The position numbers and the translations under genes were made by a program. This document shows, in pieces, positions 38,801 to 44,292 of a DNA stretch of 64,000 nt (within the stretch, counting starts at the first letter, position 1; every line of letters starts with the position of its first letter). This DNA is from Paludibacteraceae bacterium. Its GTDB lineage: Bacteria > Bacteroidota > Bacteroidia > Bacteroidales > Paludibacteraceae. The notes under the pieces are model-generated. The model was not told where the DNA came from and did not search any database. It saw nothing but the letters and a program-made list of their open reading frames with translations. Where the stretch lies: NCBI GenBank assembly GCA_024693065.1, contig JAILLP010000030.1:56722-120721 (forward strand), written 5' to 3'.

Positions 38801-41209
38801 AACAGGCCGATGGACCCTGCGATCAGTAAGGCGAAGTCTGAAATGGATAATAGTTTCTTCCAAACTCATGATGACCATATGTTGGCGGTGCAGGATGCCG
38901 TTGAGTTCGCTGGTTTCATGCAATATAGAAGCAATCTTATGAAAGAGCTCGCAGGTGCGGAGTCTAGACTTTCTGAGGATGGAATCGTCGATTACTTCGA
39001 TTATACCATCAAGAATTACGCTCAACGTGATACTATCGATACGAAATCCATCATGAATTTGCCGACAATAGATCTTTCTACTACGGAAATGATAGAGATG
39101 GCTCGCCGTTGGAACAAGACGTTGGAGGCGAATGCGAATGGTGTATATGCTCCTAATGCGGAATATCCTGATATCATTGATCAGTCTGTGATCGAATCGT
39201 ATATGGATAGCATCGTCAACTTCTACAATTACATGCATTTGAGACATTTCGGCTCAATCAACGATTTGCTGCTCTCTGTTAACGAACAGGTTCATAAGCC
39301 AACTCAGAATAGCGTCTGCGCAAGTGTCAAGCTTCACATCGCACAGACATTGACGATGACCCGCGAGGCATTCGATGGTACACTTACTGTCAACAATGGT
39401 AATGAATCGGGTGCTATGGAGGGATTCAAGGTCGTATTGGAGGTCCGCAACGAAGAGGGTAATCTTGCAAACGATTTGTTCCAGATCAACACGCAGAAAC
39501 TGACAGGCGTTTCTGCCATCGACGGTACGGGCGAGATCGCTCCTAAGTCGGAGGGCGAGGCAGTCTTCAGATTCATTCCTGAGAAGGGGGCGGCTCCTAC
39601 GGCTCCGGCCAATTATTCGTTCGGCGGATACATCGTCTATGTTGACCCTGCTTCTGGCGATACGATAACGGCTGACCTTTACCCTGTGACGTTGACGGTT
39701 AATCCTAGCCCTGACCTGCAGATCGATTACTTCATGCAACGTAACATCCTTGGCGATGATGCCTTGACGCTGGATCGCGTCGAACCAAGTGTGCCGGCGG
39801 CTTTGGGTGTGAGAATCGACAATCAGGGGTACGGTGTCGCTAAAAATGTGAAGTTGGAGACGGCTCAGCCTGAGATCGTGGACAACGAGAAGGGCTTGCT
39901 GATTGACTTCGCAATTATCGGTTCTAGCCTGAATGGCAAGGATTGTGATCTTGGCTCCGAGAATATTGACTTCGGTAACATTGATGCCCAGTCGGCTAAG
40001 ACAGGTGTTTGGTGGATGACCAGTTCGTTGCTTGGACACTTTACAAAGTACGAGGCTAGCGTGGTTCACGCAAATAGTTTCGGTAATCCTGAACTGAGTT
40101 TGGTGAAGGGTATAGAAATCCATGAACTGATCAAGACGGTTGACGCCTATGGTGTGAAAGCGGATAGCGTAGTCGACTTCCTCGTGAACGACATAGAGGA
40201 TGATGACGATACCCCTGATGCTATCTATTACTCGGATGGAGGTGTGGATGACGTCTATAAGACTTCGGTGGCAAGGCTCGACAAACAACGTTTGACGCCT
40301 GTAGATACGGTGGTCAGACTTACTGTCATACCAGATCAGGCGGGTTGGAACTATGCGCAGATGAATGATCCGGGCGATAATTGCTACGAGATACTGAAGG
40401 TGGTTAGACTGAAGGATAGCGTGGAGATTCCGTTGGACAATGTGTGGACAACATTCGTCACGCTCCCTGACGGACTGGAACCAATCTATGTGAACCGTCT
40501 GCACTTCTTGGATTATATGACGACGATGGGTGAAAACGACTATGACATTTACTATAGCGTGAAGAAGAACGTCTTGGTGGTGACGGAGATCTCGGATGTG
40601 CCTACGTCTGTCAATGCGGTGACGTCGCCTGTGAAGAGCGTGGTGGTTAAGTTTAACCGTAAGATAAAGAAGGAGACGTTCGATTATAGAGACATAGAGC
40701 TCTTCTGCCAAGGCGGCGACAATCTGAGCGACTCCACCATTACGGTGACGCAACGTGACGACTACACCTATGTGGTGAATATCGCTTCTAAGACCAATGC
40801 CTCTGGATTCTTCAAGATTGAGGTGAATGTCAACAATGTGCTGGATCAGGATGGCTATGCTGGTACGTTTGGTAGAAATGCTACTTGGAGCCAACTTGTA
40901 GAGGGCGACAACCCTGGTGGTGATAATCCTGGTGGTGAGGATAACCCAGGTGGTGAGGACAATCCAGGTGGAGGTGATAACCCTGGCGAACTCACGCCAA
41001 TTGCGGATGTTGCCGACGATAAGGTTCTCGTGTATGCCTACCGGGATGGTATCTATGTGAAGTCCGCAAAGGCCGGTGCGCTTGACATCTACGATATCCT
41101 CTCCAGATTAGTGGTGAAGAATGCGCGGTATGGTGAGGGCATCACAATGGTGGCCACGTTGCCGAAGGGCGTTTACATCGTCAATGGCAAGAAGGTGATT
41201 GTGGAGTAA
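26819..41209 (+). CDS. Giant (~4,796-aa) T9SS-secreted adhesin-like protein
   Basis: One uninterrupted frame. Signal peptide KSLWLVLAFSFVALSASA. Six modules each start (I/V)YVKxGSxGDGSSW..AFGD...IWVAxGTY (DUF1565-type cap), continue as NxxxxN-rich parallel beta-helix rungs and end DYSL...CINAGADV.D.LDFLG..RKQGGAVDMGAIES (choice-of-anchor-Q-type end). Then come Ig/CARDB-like segments (ITNHG, LTNAGFGETG, RIDNQGYGVAKNV), a CarboxypepD_reg-like segment (GAKVVVRNQ...TGIVKFDSIPEGTYLLSV), a Gly/His and Lys/Glu-rich centre, a DNPGG linker, and a C-terminal CTD (VLVYAYRDGIYV...LPKGVYIVNGKKVIVE) resembling the CTD of 59679-62783. Confidence 0.85.
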   Translation: MIGTMNSIYGKSKSLWLVLAFSFVALSASAKDVFYVKSGANGDGSSWSKAFGNIQQAVDSAAKVGADVWVAKGVYKSESSAVVTLKPNVSLYGGFAGTETSLAARDTAKNPTVLDGDAKIRVINQPSDFADASAVVVDGFTIQNGSVDYGGGAYLRKNSTINNCIFKNNVASYGLAIYARNAKIKNSIICDNRSANSSQTVYLYASEMDSCVVKNNEASYNSAMSVENSSVSNTIIDSNKDINIYSGYPLNLYNNSKLINCEVKNNYGQHAGIYAYQGILIKGCTFSNNESAVYSALHIDYNSKIEDCEVFGNKGNSYEIFYLNSSSSMNRCNVHDNVVENNHHIVNVRYSSVVSNSLIYNNKNTTSGSAPLCLYSNARMENTTFADNETGASSGVQMNSSSIVNSIIVGTRYVKSFQTHFSLSGTNIVSHSMIEGGFTGEGNIAGTKEAAAFVDPDKGNYSLSEKSYCINRGKDTETTADLLGKSRKQGGAVDMGAIESQYEKANVPSLGEIIYVKKGSKGDGSSWTSAFGDLYEAMLLASLDGKKHQIWVAAGTYYGDTTSSVTAFPLGQGVSLYGGFAGNETSLAARDTAKNPTILDGKDARRVITQNYDFTSSMAVVVDGFTIQNGLSANGGGVYVTSNTTINNCIIRANKASSNGSAIYATNATIKNTQIVGNDYRNGLYYTVYLSGCRLDSCLVKDNKTDYYSAICARSNSNVTNCVVEGNSSNRSEVGSLFYSTKISNCKFVNTKGNGAYVYLYESSVMRDCLFEGNTGGTSPVVYVSDNNALLENCQILDNSTNTNLMNVYYGRVNRCLVRGNTSSSDIAHMSSSSTISNSVICDNVVTSSSTPIWMRYGASMINCTVVRNATQHANVVHINGSTLKNSIIVGNKTVGGYGGIFDDASSSTIVNNMLENTFVRGNIDGTMAHAAFTDAENGDYSLTANSYCINAGADVADTLDFLGKARKQGGAVDMGAIESAHTKAPAQSCGEIVYVKSGSNGDGSSWSSAFGDVQQAIFAAAADGKRHQIWVATGTYYGDTTHSTVVNLAAGISLYGGFAGNETSLAARDTAKNPTILDGKDARRCITQNYGFVDSMAVVVDGFTIQNGYAPNGGGVNLAANTTINNCIIKANKASSHGSAVYATNATIKNTQIVGNDYRNGLYYTVYLSGCRLDSCLVKDNKTEYYSAICAQSNSNVTNCVVEGNSSNRSYEGSAFYSTKISNCKFVNTKGNGAFVVLYESSVMRNCLFEGNTGSDASVVYVSNSNALLEDCQILGNSTNSYLVNVYYGRVNRCLVRGNTSSSFIVHMSSSSTISNSVICDNVVTSSSTPIWMRYGASMINCTVVRNKTQHANVVHINGSTLKNSILVGNMTVGSYGGIFDDAASSTIVNNMLENTFVRGNIDGTMAHAAFTDAENGDYSLSANSYCINAGADVADTLDFLGNSRKQGGAVDMGAIESAHTKAPTQSCGEIVYVKSGSNGDGSSWSSAFGDIQPAIFAAAADGKRHQIWVAAGTYYGDTTHSTVVNLAAGISLYGGFAGNETSLAARDTSKNPTILDGKNVRRCITQNYGFVDSMAVVVDGFTIRNGYAPNGGGVYLAANTTVNNCIIKANKASSNGSAIYATSATIKNTQIVGNDYLSGLHYTVYLSGCRLDSCNVKNNRSDNYSAICANGNSVVTNCEVEGNSSNRGYIGSIFYSTTKVSNCKFVNTKGNGAFVSLQESSVMRNCLFQGNTEGDASVVGISGSGVLLEDCQIIGNSTNSNLVSVYYGRVNRCLVRGNTSSSDIAHMSSSSTISNSVICDNVVTSSSTPIWMRYGASMVNCTVVRNETKHANIVYLNGSTLKNSIIVGNKRNTNYSDVLSREGTNTIVNNMLETTSLEGNIDGALQYAAFTDAENGDYSLTANSYCINAGADVSDTLDFLGNPRKQGGAVDMGAIESAHAEALKPSCGEIVYVKLGSNGDGSSWSSAFGDIQPAIIAAASDGKRHQIWVAAGTYYGDTTLQTVMSLSKGISLYGGFAGTETSLAARDTAKNPTILDGRNERRILSQSEAFADSMAVVVDGFTIQNGYASNGGGAYLRKNTTLNNCIVKNCQAVDGGSAIYGVGANVTNSMICGNGNSNSYDYNKYVALYMIGGKVDNCIVAGNKAAYYTAAIHATESVRITNSLFEANSSNRGDLIYMSQSTMSDCRIINHTISSYADYVIRMVSASKMERCLIEGNTAYDHIVYLSDNSLLSNSQITKCKSTDRSMVYFRDASRMINCTVADNVTGYQTIYCESSPQILNSIVVGNKRTNNSESVLVRNATIKYSMIEGGANGEGNIDGGKSSAAFADPANGDYSLSGSSLCINAGSDVADSIDLRGNVRKQSTAVDMGAIESAFTERVSVGPIIYVKSGSEGSGLNWDDALGEINQAVTLASTTGQKHQIWVAKGTYLGDTSLVSAISLAAGVSLYGGFEGNESSLEERDVAKNVTVIDGKYRRRCIIQTYDFADSLAIVVDGFTIQNGFLRDNAGVNANVKGNTTFNNCIFRSAREGNEGVYANKTAFKNCTFVENTIQELELYGGTVEGCTFTGNKTNHGVSNVVYISGSKMSNSRIADYAEYYATLKAVENSVVSSCKIVNNEAWYENIIQLSNATMENSLVYGNALRYSNHSIIAVDYNSFITNSTIAHNTTLNRSAISYANSYSGRYATIANSIIYGNKVTDEVRPQVVASEYVKVKYCASDGELTGENNIRLATSNSGSDASKNYVCFINAAGGDYRLHATSACIDKGLDSLMKAETDLNGGARIYGKAIDLGAVEFDGEYVQMRDYSQPVCYNRYSLEATFDSTIAKIDWLIVNAGYVEGFENTSGSGISIPAMQLRTAKNDVDTMTVKVTPYDKAGVAGTPFNYNYIVYPDFSKKKVSFSYPPVAYMVNEQNNNMTISWNRLILPVEVDKYDLYVWKASHKMPANPMASFVKDHSRQLTGLDNHTTYKYMVKAVIACDTICSEIDSFRIDIPVSLTVSGDVNCVFGSKLNETSSLTRYVRGFELTDSITYEITGRDAADFSAKCENGWDKLNGGYLRIFYTPTDVKKQTSDAAITIRSGNSGKYEVTFYLAGTLSNYYVYGAEVEEPVYSAGDTVNVIGILTDAYGTPMCGKSITIEANSNTGFSHSTSEVTDSTGRALARFATEKVECGVYTVKVYIGSKENDAAYARFDIPGMAYSGGTTKWTIQKGDTIDGSITISNRSGVDLHNLVVETRELADGLEIAFDTLKLLKGSESARIPFKATGTKLTEGRLYLPSVFRVSCSEKTTCDFTTFFYCEQPYGQIKVSPSNINEYISKQKPKYINVELTNAGFGETGEVSLALPDFSGFSVPTTTLPSIKSGDTARVMLRLAYYAGAPINVPFTGSIGVNCANGKSTSLPFRVEYSSESKGGLAVEVVDEYYYNTANNKHLNGAKVVVRNQYNNQEVASGYSDTTGIVKFDSIPEGTYLLSVKADKHSEYQETIEIQAGQIVNKFVFLAYQAITYSWNVERVEIEDRYDINLDFEYETNVPAPVVTLTFPNGVPDKARFQVGEPKVVQLQITNHGLIAAHYVKFGMPKVPYYRFYVPYNYIDSLPANHTEFVPITIVRTDVEFPEYGYSESSGSGIPLENESLGTSECPSVHAEYSYVCGLLRQLSAVSPNPWGCPYLVPLGGGGGHGGGGFDVPAYGGGGHKDEHELGKVENHHYSVNLDIPCNSCWSKINPWGCVGDVLGFIPIIGPALSWGTDKLHEALEADAEERRKEQSAELKDHPELENAREFAQETDYFESLDIPFSDYTFDSDQTPQDFADLGQAIGEYTYGPGQYFVEFRKEEDRKREERKAKAERKKKEKEEKTGKKSKDFDMVISSSVDDLKDVYKGTKLVCKGMNGELDPYEGVDFIWSQGKSRILDKAKKKIPVIKDVPWSCFDLLCQMNSCDAGRYAKDCGRYIYDRLAGNDEEDEDTRKTVTTAGDTVVIVNGEIVDVLYSDGDSLSAQNRPMDPAISKAKSEMDNSFFQTHDDHMLAVQDAVEFAGFMQYRSNLMKELAGAESRLSEDGIVDYFDYTIKNYAQRDTIDTKSIMNLPTIDLSTTEMIEMARRWNKTLEANANGVYAPNAEYPDIIDQSVIESYMDSIVNFYNYMHLRHFGSINDLLLSVNEQVHKPTQNSVCASVKLHIAQTLTMTREAFDGTLTVNNGNESGAMEGFKVVLEVRNEEGNLANDLFQINTQKLTGVSAIDGTGEIAPKSEGEAVFRFIPEKGAAPTAPANYSFGGYIVYVDPASGDTITADLYPVTLTVNPSPDLQIDYFMQRNILGDDALTLDRVEPSVPAALGVRIDNQGYGVAKNVKLETAQPEIVDNEKGLLIDFAIIGSSLNGKDCDLGSENIDFGNIDAQSAKTGVWWMTSSLLGHFTKYEASVVHANSFGNPELSLVKGIEIHELIKTVDAYGVKADSVVDFLVNDIEDDDDTPDAIYYSDGGVDDVYKTSVARLDKQRLTPVDTVVRLTVIPDQAGWNYAQMNDPGDNCYEILKVVRLKDSVEIPLDNVWTTFVTLPDGLEPIYVNRLHFLDYMTTMGENDYDIYYSVKKNVLVVTEISDVPTSVNAVTSPVKSVVVKFNRKIKKETFDYRDIELFCQGGDNLSDSTITVTQRDDYTYVVNIASKTNASGFFKIEVNVNNVLDQDGYAGTFGRNATWSQLVEGDNPGGDNPGGEDNPGGEDNPGGGDNPGELTPIADVADDKVLVYAYRDGIYVKSAKAGALDIYDILSRLVVKNARYGEGITMVATLPKGVYIVNGKKVIVE
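26909..35210 (+). repeat. Six tandem intragenic beta-helix modules (about 1.3-1.45 kb each)
   Basis: In-frame module starts read at 26909, 28355, 29795, 31232, 32672 and 33977 (periods 1446, 1440, 1437, 1440, 1305 nt). Modules 2-4 share long exact DNA runs; for example 28808-28935 is identical to 30245-30372 (128 nt). Confidence 0.9.
40904..40990 (+). repeat. Coding tandem repeat: five (E/G)DNPGG units, used as a linker before the CTD
   Basis: GDNPGGDNPGGEDNPGGEDNPGGGDNPGE read directly. Units are 15-18 nt with synonymous variation. Confidence 0.85.
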
Positions 41210-41237
41210 GAGTAGATCACTTATAATAGTAAGAGAG

Positions 41238-41283
41238 CAAAACCACTTCCTGGAAGTATTTCCGGGGGTGGTTTTGTGTTTTG
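41238..41283 (+). terminator. Rho-independent terminator of the giant gene
   Basis: CAAAACCAC (41238-41246) pairs with GTGGTTTTG (41268-41276), followed by TGTTTT. Lies 29 nt after the stop. Confidence 0.6.
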
Positions 41284-41355
41284 GTATGATTTGCTTCGCT
41301 AAAATTATAGTCGCACACTAAATTTTTAGGTGTTGATGATTCATAAAGCATTGGT

Positions 41356-41363
41356 TATATTTG
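41356..41363 (+). promoter_or_regulatory. Candidate -7 box (TATATTTG) for the AT-rich islet
   Basis: TAnnTTTG match 33 nt upstream of the ATG at 41396. Confidence 0.4.
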
Positions 41364-41395
41364 CATGCCCAAGTTTAATAAATAAACGTCCCAAT

Positions 41396-42121
41396 ATGGA
41401 ATTGAAGAATGTTGTATCGAAATTGAGCGTAGTGCTTTGTTGCTTATTCATGTCGTCTTGTGCTCCGACTTCGTACTATCAGTTGGTAAATACAAAACCT
41501 GTAGGCGACGGACTAAAAAAGACGGAGAAGGCTGTTGTGTATGAAGATGACAACTGCACCATCAGTTACAACCTCTGGACAAATGGAGGTACCACTCAGA
41601 TTGTCTTTGTAAACAAGACAGACGAGGATATCTACATTGACTTGGCATCCACCGCCTACTTTATGAATAACCAGGCATTTGATTTGCATAAGGGACAGTT
41701 GAAGACAAAAAGCGTCGTTCCTGCAAGAATGCTCAAAGTCATTGAAGAAACAGATATAACCATAATGAGTCAGATATACAGAGATTGTAACCTGTTTTTG
41801 ATGCCAAGAAAGAGTACAATTAATACGACCTCTTTTTCTCAGGATAATACTCCATACTCATTTGGCTTAAGAATAGTTTACTATGTAGGCAATAATGATA
41901 CACCACACAAGGTAAAAAATGAGTTTTACGTGGATCGGATATGCAATTATCCGGGCCAATCATTCGTGGAATATTATTCGGATGACAAAGCGTGTCCTGA
42001 CGAGAGAATCAGGGCGACACGTAAAGCAAAGTATAAATTCCAAGACGCTGACGCCTTCTATATAGAATATAATCCTAAGGCGGTTTGGGCGAATCCGGAG
42101 GGACCTAATGTGAAGCATTAA
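41396..42121 (+). CDS. Lipoprotein of unknown function (first gene of the AT-rich islet)
   Basis: Start placed at the ATG at 41396: MELKNVVSKLSVVLCCLFMSSC (signal peptide plus lipobox). No recognisable domain. Confidence 0.6.
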   Translation: MELKNVVSKLSVVLCCLFMSSCAPTSYYQLVNTKPVGDGLKKTEKAVVYEDDNCTISYNLWTNGGTTQIVFVNKTDEDIYIDLASTAYFMNNQAFDLHKGQLKTKSVVPARMLKVIEETDITIMSQIYRDCNLFLMPRKSTINTTSFSQDNTPYSFGLRIVYYVGNNDTPHKVKNEFYVDRICNYPGQSFVEYYSDDKACPDERIRATRKAKYKFQDADAFYIEYNPKAVWANPEGPNVKH

Positions 42122-42151
42122 GTATATGTCTTAGAAATATTCGATTGAGTC

Positions 42152-43288
42152 ATGGGAAACAGTAAATCAGTATTGGTAATTGGGAATGGTTTTGATGTTG
42201 CGTTGGAAAGGTCGACAAAATACTCGGATTTTTATAAGTCAGAGTTCTGCCCTAAAAACTTTCCCGCCCCACTAATCGGGTACTTGAATGGTTGGACAAA
42301 TCAAGGTGATGTTCAGTCTCTTAGATGGATGGATATGGAGAACGCAATTCAGAAATATGCACAATCAAGAGGTGAAGGAAAAATATATGATGGCGATTCG
42401 TATACAGAAGATGAAAAAAAACTAATAGAGAAAATCTACGAGTTCAATTCGGTTCCAACACCTCATCGCCAATATGATTTTTCCGCAGAAGAGGAAGATT
42501 TGCTGAAACAAATGCAAAATGTAGGTAAATTTGAATATGAAAGGACTAATGCAATGCCTTGTTGGAAATTCAACTTCGCAAATCTGCCTTATGACAAGTT
42601 CGTTAATTCTTCCCCTCAGGAAAGAGATATTAAAGCATTGTCAGCAATTGAATCTGGCCTTGCCAATTATCTAAACAGTATAGATTGTAGTGCACCAAAG
42701 GATGAACAAAATTTAGCATATCAGTTGTTGTTTAGGTTTTGGAGAGAGTCTTCTAATGGGGAAATATATTCGTTTAATTATACATCTCTTGAACCATTGA
42801 TTCGAACTTTTGATAAATATAGTGATGATTTATCTTTAAGAATAAATTATATGCATGGGTCTTTGAACGAGAAGCATGTTATTCTTGGTGCGGGTAAAGA
42901 AACAAATGAGAGAGGGTATGGTGAATGGGCATTTTTAAAAAAATCGAATGACAATGATTACAGACCTCCTATGTTAGTTGAAGCCATGAAAAACGCAAGT
43001 AAAGTCATTGTGTATGGTTTCTCTTTCAGTGAAATAGACATACAATATTTTAATTATCTATTTAATTATATGCTTGAAGGTGGAAGGTCGAAAGATGTCA
43101 AAATCTTTGATTACGGTAAAAAAGGGATTCGGAGTATAAAAAATAACATCAAAAATATAGATGATTTACAAATGCTTGGTGTTAATGTAATCGACGTAGA
43201 AGGAAAGGACGCGAGTGTTTTTGATTGTTGTTTGGAAGACCCTGTTAAATTGGAGAAGAATTTAAATAGGCTTCGCAATGTTTTTTGA
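42152..43288 (+). CDS. AbiH-family abortive-infection protein
   Basis: The N-terminus VLVIGNGFDVALERSTKYSDFY matches the AbiH hallmark (IIGNGFDL..G..T.Y.DF). Later IYSFNYTSLEP, INYMHGSL and VIVYGFSFSEIDIQYFNYLF match the other conserved AbiH blocks as I remember the Pfam family. Confidence 0.78.
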   Translation: MGNSKSVLVIGNGFDVALERSTKYSDFYKSEFCPKNFPAPLIGYLNGWTNQGDVQSLRWMDMENAIQKYAQSRGEGKIYDGDSYTEDEKKLIEKIYEFNSVPTPHRQYDFSAEEEDLLKQMQNVGKFEYERTNAMPCWKFNFANLPYDKFVNSSPQERDIKALSAIESGLANYLNSIDCSAPKDEQNLAYQLLFRFWRESSNGEIYSFNYTSLEPLIRTFDKYSDDLSLRINYMHGSLNEKHVILGAGKETNERGYGEWAFLKKSNDNDYRPPMLVEAMKNASKVIVYGFSFSEIDIQYFNYLFNYMLEGGRSKDVKIFDYGKKGIRSIKNNIKNIDDLQMLGVNVIDVEGKDASVFDCCLEDPVKLEKNLNRLRNVF

Positions 43289-43315
43289 TGGTCAAATCCT
43301 ATTATATTTTATTCT

Positions 43316-43807
43316 ATGCGTTACAATCCAAGAATGATAGGTGATAAGGATAATGTCCGTTATGCGCTTGTACAGAAAGGGGAGAGAACTCTATATGTGG
43401 TTGGACTTAATCCTAGCACGGCTGATGACAAAAAGGCTGATCTTACAATGACAAAGATTATGGGTTTTGCTGAAAAAAATGGGTACGATGGATTTGTGAT
43501 GTTTAACCTCTATCCCCAAAGAAGCACTTATCCTAAAAGACTGCAAGAAGAGAAAGACGAGACTTTATATACAAAGAACCTGGATACGATAAAAAAGTAC
43601 CTCTCTGAGGAGGTTAATCCTACGGTGTTGCTGTGTTACGGAAACAATGTTCGTATTCGGCATTATTTGAAAGAAAGTGTGGTAGACCTTGTAAATATAT
43701 GCAAACACTATGGAGCTAAGATTGTATGTATTGGAACAACAAAATCAGGCAATCCCAAACATCCATCCAGAACCGCTTATGGATTTTTCGTTGACTATAT
43801 GATTTAA
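43316..43807 (+). CDS. DUF1643 domain protein
   Basis: 163 aa. LYVVGLNPSTADDKKADLTMTKIMGFAEKNGYDGFVMFNLYP and IGTTKSGNPKHPSR match the DUF1643 pattern (LNPStAd..D.T...c..fa...gygg..v.NL ... G.P.HP). Confidence 0.78.
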   Translation: MRYNPRMIGDKDNVRYALVQKGERTLYVVGLNPSTADDKKADLTMTKIMGFAEKNGYDGFVMFNLYPQRSTYPKRLQEEKDETLYTKNLDTIKKYLSEEVNPTVLLCYGNNVRIRHYLKESVVDLVNICKHYGAKIVCIGTTKSGNPKHPSRTAYGFFVDYMI

Positions 43808-43870
43808 GATTCTCTATTCTGAGAATCATAGTTCGTAATGTATAGGGGAAACTATAAATACAAATACTAT

Positions 43871-43910
43871 CACGACCAAAAACTGTCACTATTGACAACT
43901 TTTGGTCGTG
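43871..43910. terminator. Bidirectional terminator hairpin between DUF1643 and the convergent thioredoxin gene
   Basis: CACGACCAAAA (43871-43881) pairs with TTTTGGTCGTG (43900-43910). Inner TGTCA/TGACA pairing. A/T runs sit inside the stem arms. Confidence 0.55.
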
Positions 43911-43917
43911 GCTATAT

Positions 43918-44217
43918 CTACAGGTACTGTTGAATCACCCCGCTCAGCTCGCCCACCTCCAGCACGCCGCTCTGCCTCCACACCGGCTCGCCGTTGCGGA
44001 AGAGCATAAGGGTAGGGACGGCTTGGACACGGTGCTGCGTCGCGAAGCTCTCGTTCTTCTCAACGTCTATCTTGAGGATGCGGAGGGCGTCGCCATGCTT
44101 CTCCTTCAACTCCTCCAATATCGGGTGCATCCTTTGGCAGGGAACGCACCACGTGGCATAGAAGTCAACCAATACCAGCTGACCGCTATTGATGATTGTA
44201 TTAAAATCCTGTTCCAT
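43918..44217 (-). CDS. trxA: Thioredoxin
   Basis: 99 aa. LVDFYATWCVPCQRM active site (WCxPC) and thioredoxin-length fold. Confidence 0.85.
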   Translation of the reverse strand: MEQDFNTIINSGQLVLVDFYATWCVPCQRMHPILEELKEKHGDALRILKIDVEKNESFATQHRVQAVPTLMLFRNGEPVWRQSGVLEVGELSGVIQQYL

Positions 44218-44230
44218 ACTGTCTAAAGCT

Positions 44231-44268
44231 AAAAAAGGCGTGTTACTCGTGCGGGTAACACGCCTTTT
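44231..44268 (-). terminator. Rho-independent terminator downstream of dnaK
   Basis: AGGCGTGTTAC (44236-44246) pairs with GTAACACGCCT (44255-44265). The A6 run 44231-44236 gives a T-run on the minus strand. Ends only 13 nt before the thioredoxin ATG. Confidence 0.65.
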
Positions 44269-44292
44269 GGATTGTAAATAGATGATAATTGA

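Noticed and set aside
39254-40894. Very long antisense ORFs inside well-supported genes: 546 aa at 39254-40894, 376 aa at 35588-36718, 276 aa at 38417-39247, 611 aa at 59856-61691, 410 aa at 55224-56456, 365 aa at 49672-50769, 336 aa at 19772-20782.
   Set aside because: Each lies codon-aligned opposite a gene with clear family motifs. Their translations are Arg/His/Leu/Val-rich with no motifs, signal peptides or promoters. They also occur opposite core genes (valS, pgk). This is best explained by sense-strand avoidance of TTA/CTA/TCA codons, not by overlapping genes.
26819-41209. The giant ORF as an artefactual fusion of several adjacent genes.
   Set aside because: Only one signal peptide and one CTD are present. 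There are no internal stops, promoters or terminators, and module boundaries are all in frame. The ORF is kept as a single gene, but the module copy number is flagged for long-read verification.
41238-43910. Calling the AbiH islet a mobile element.
   Set aside because: There is no integrase, transposase, tRNA target or flanking direct or inverted repeats in view. Only the composition and gene content suggest horizontal origin, so it is reported as a finding and not annotated as a mobile element.
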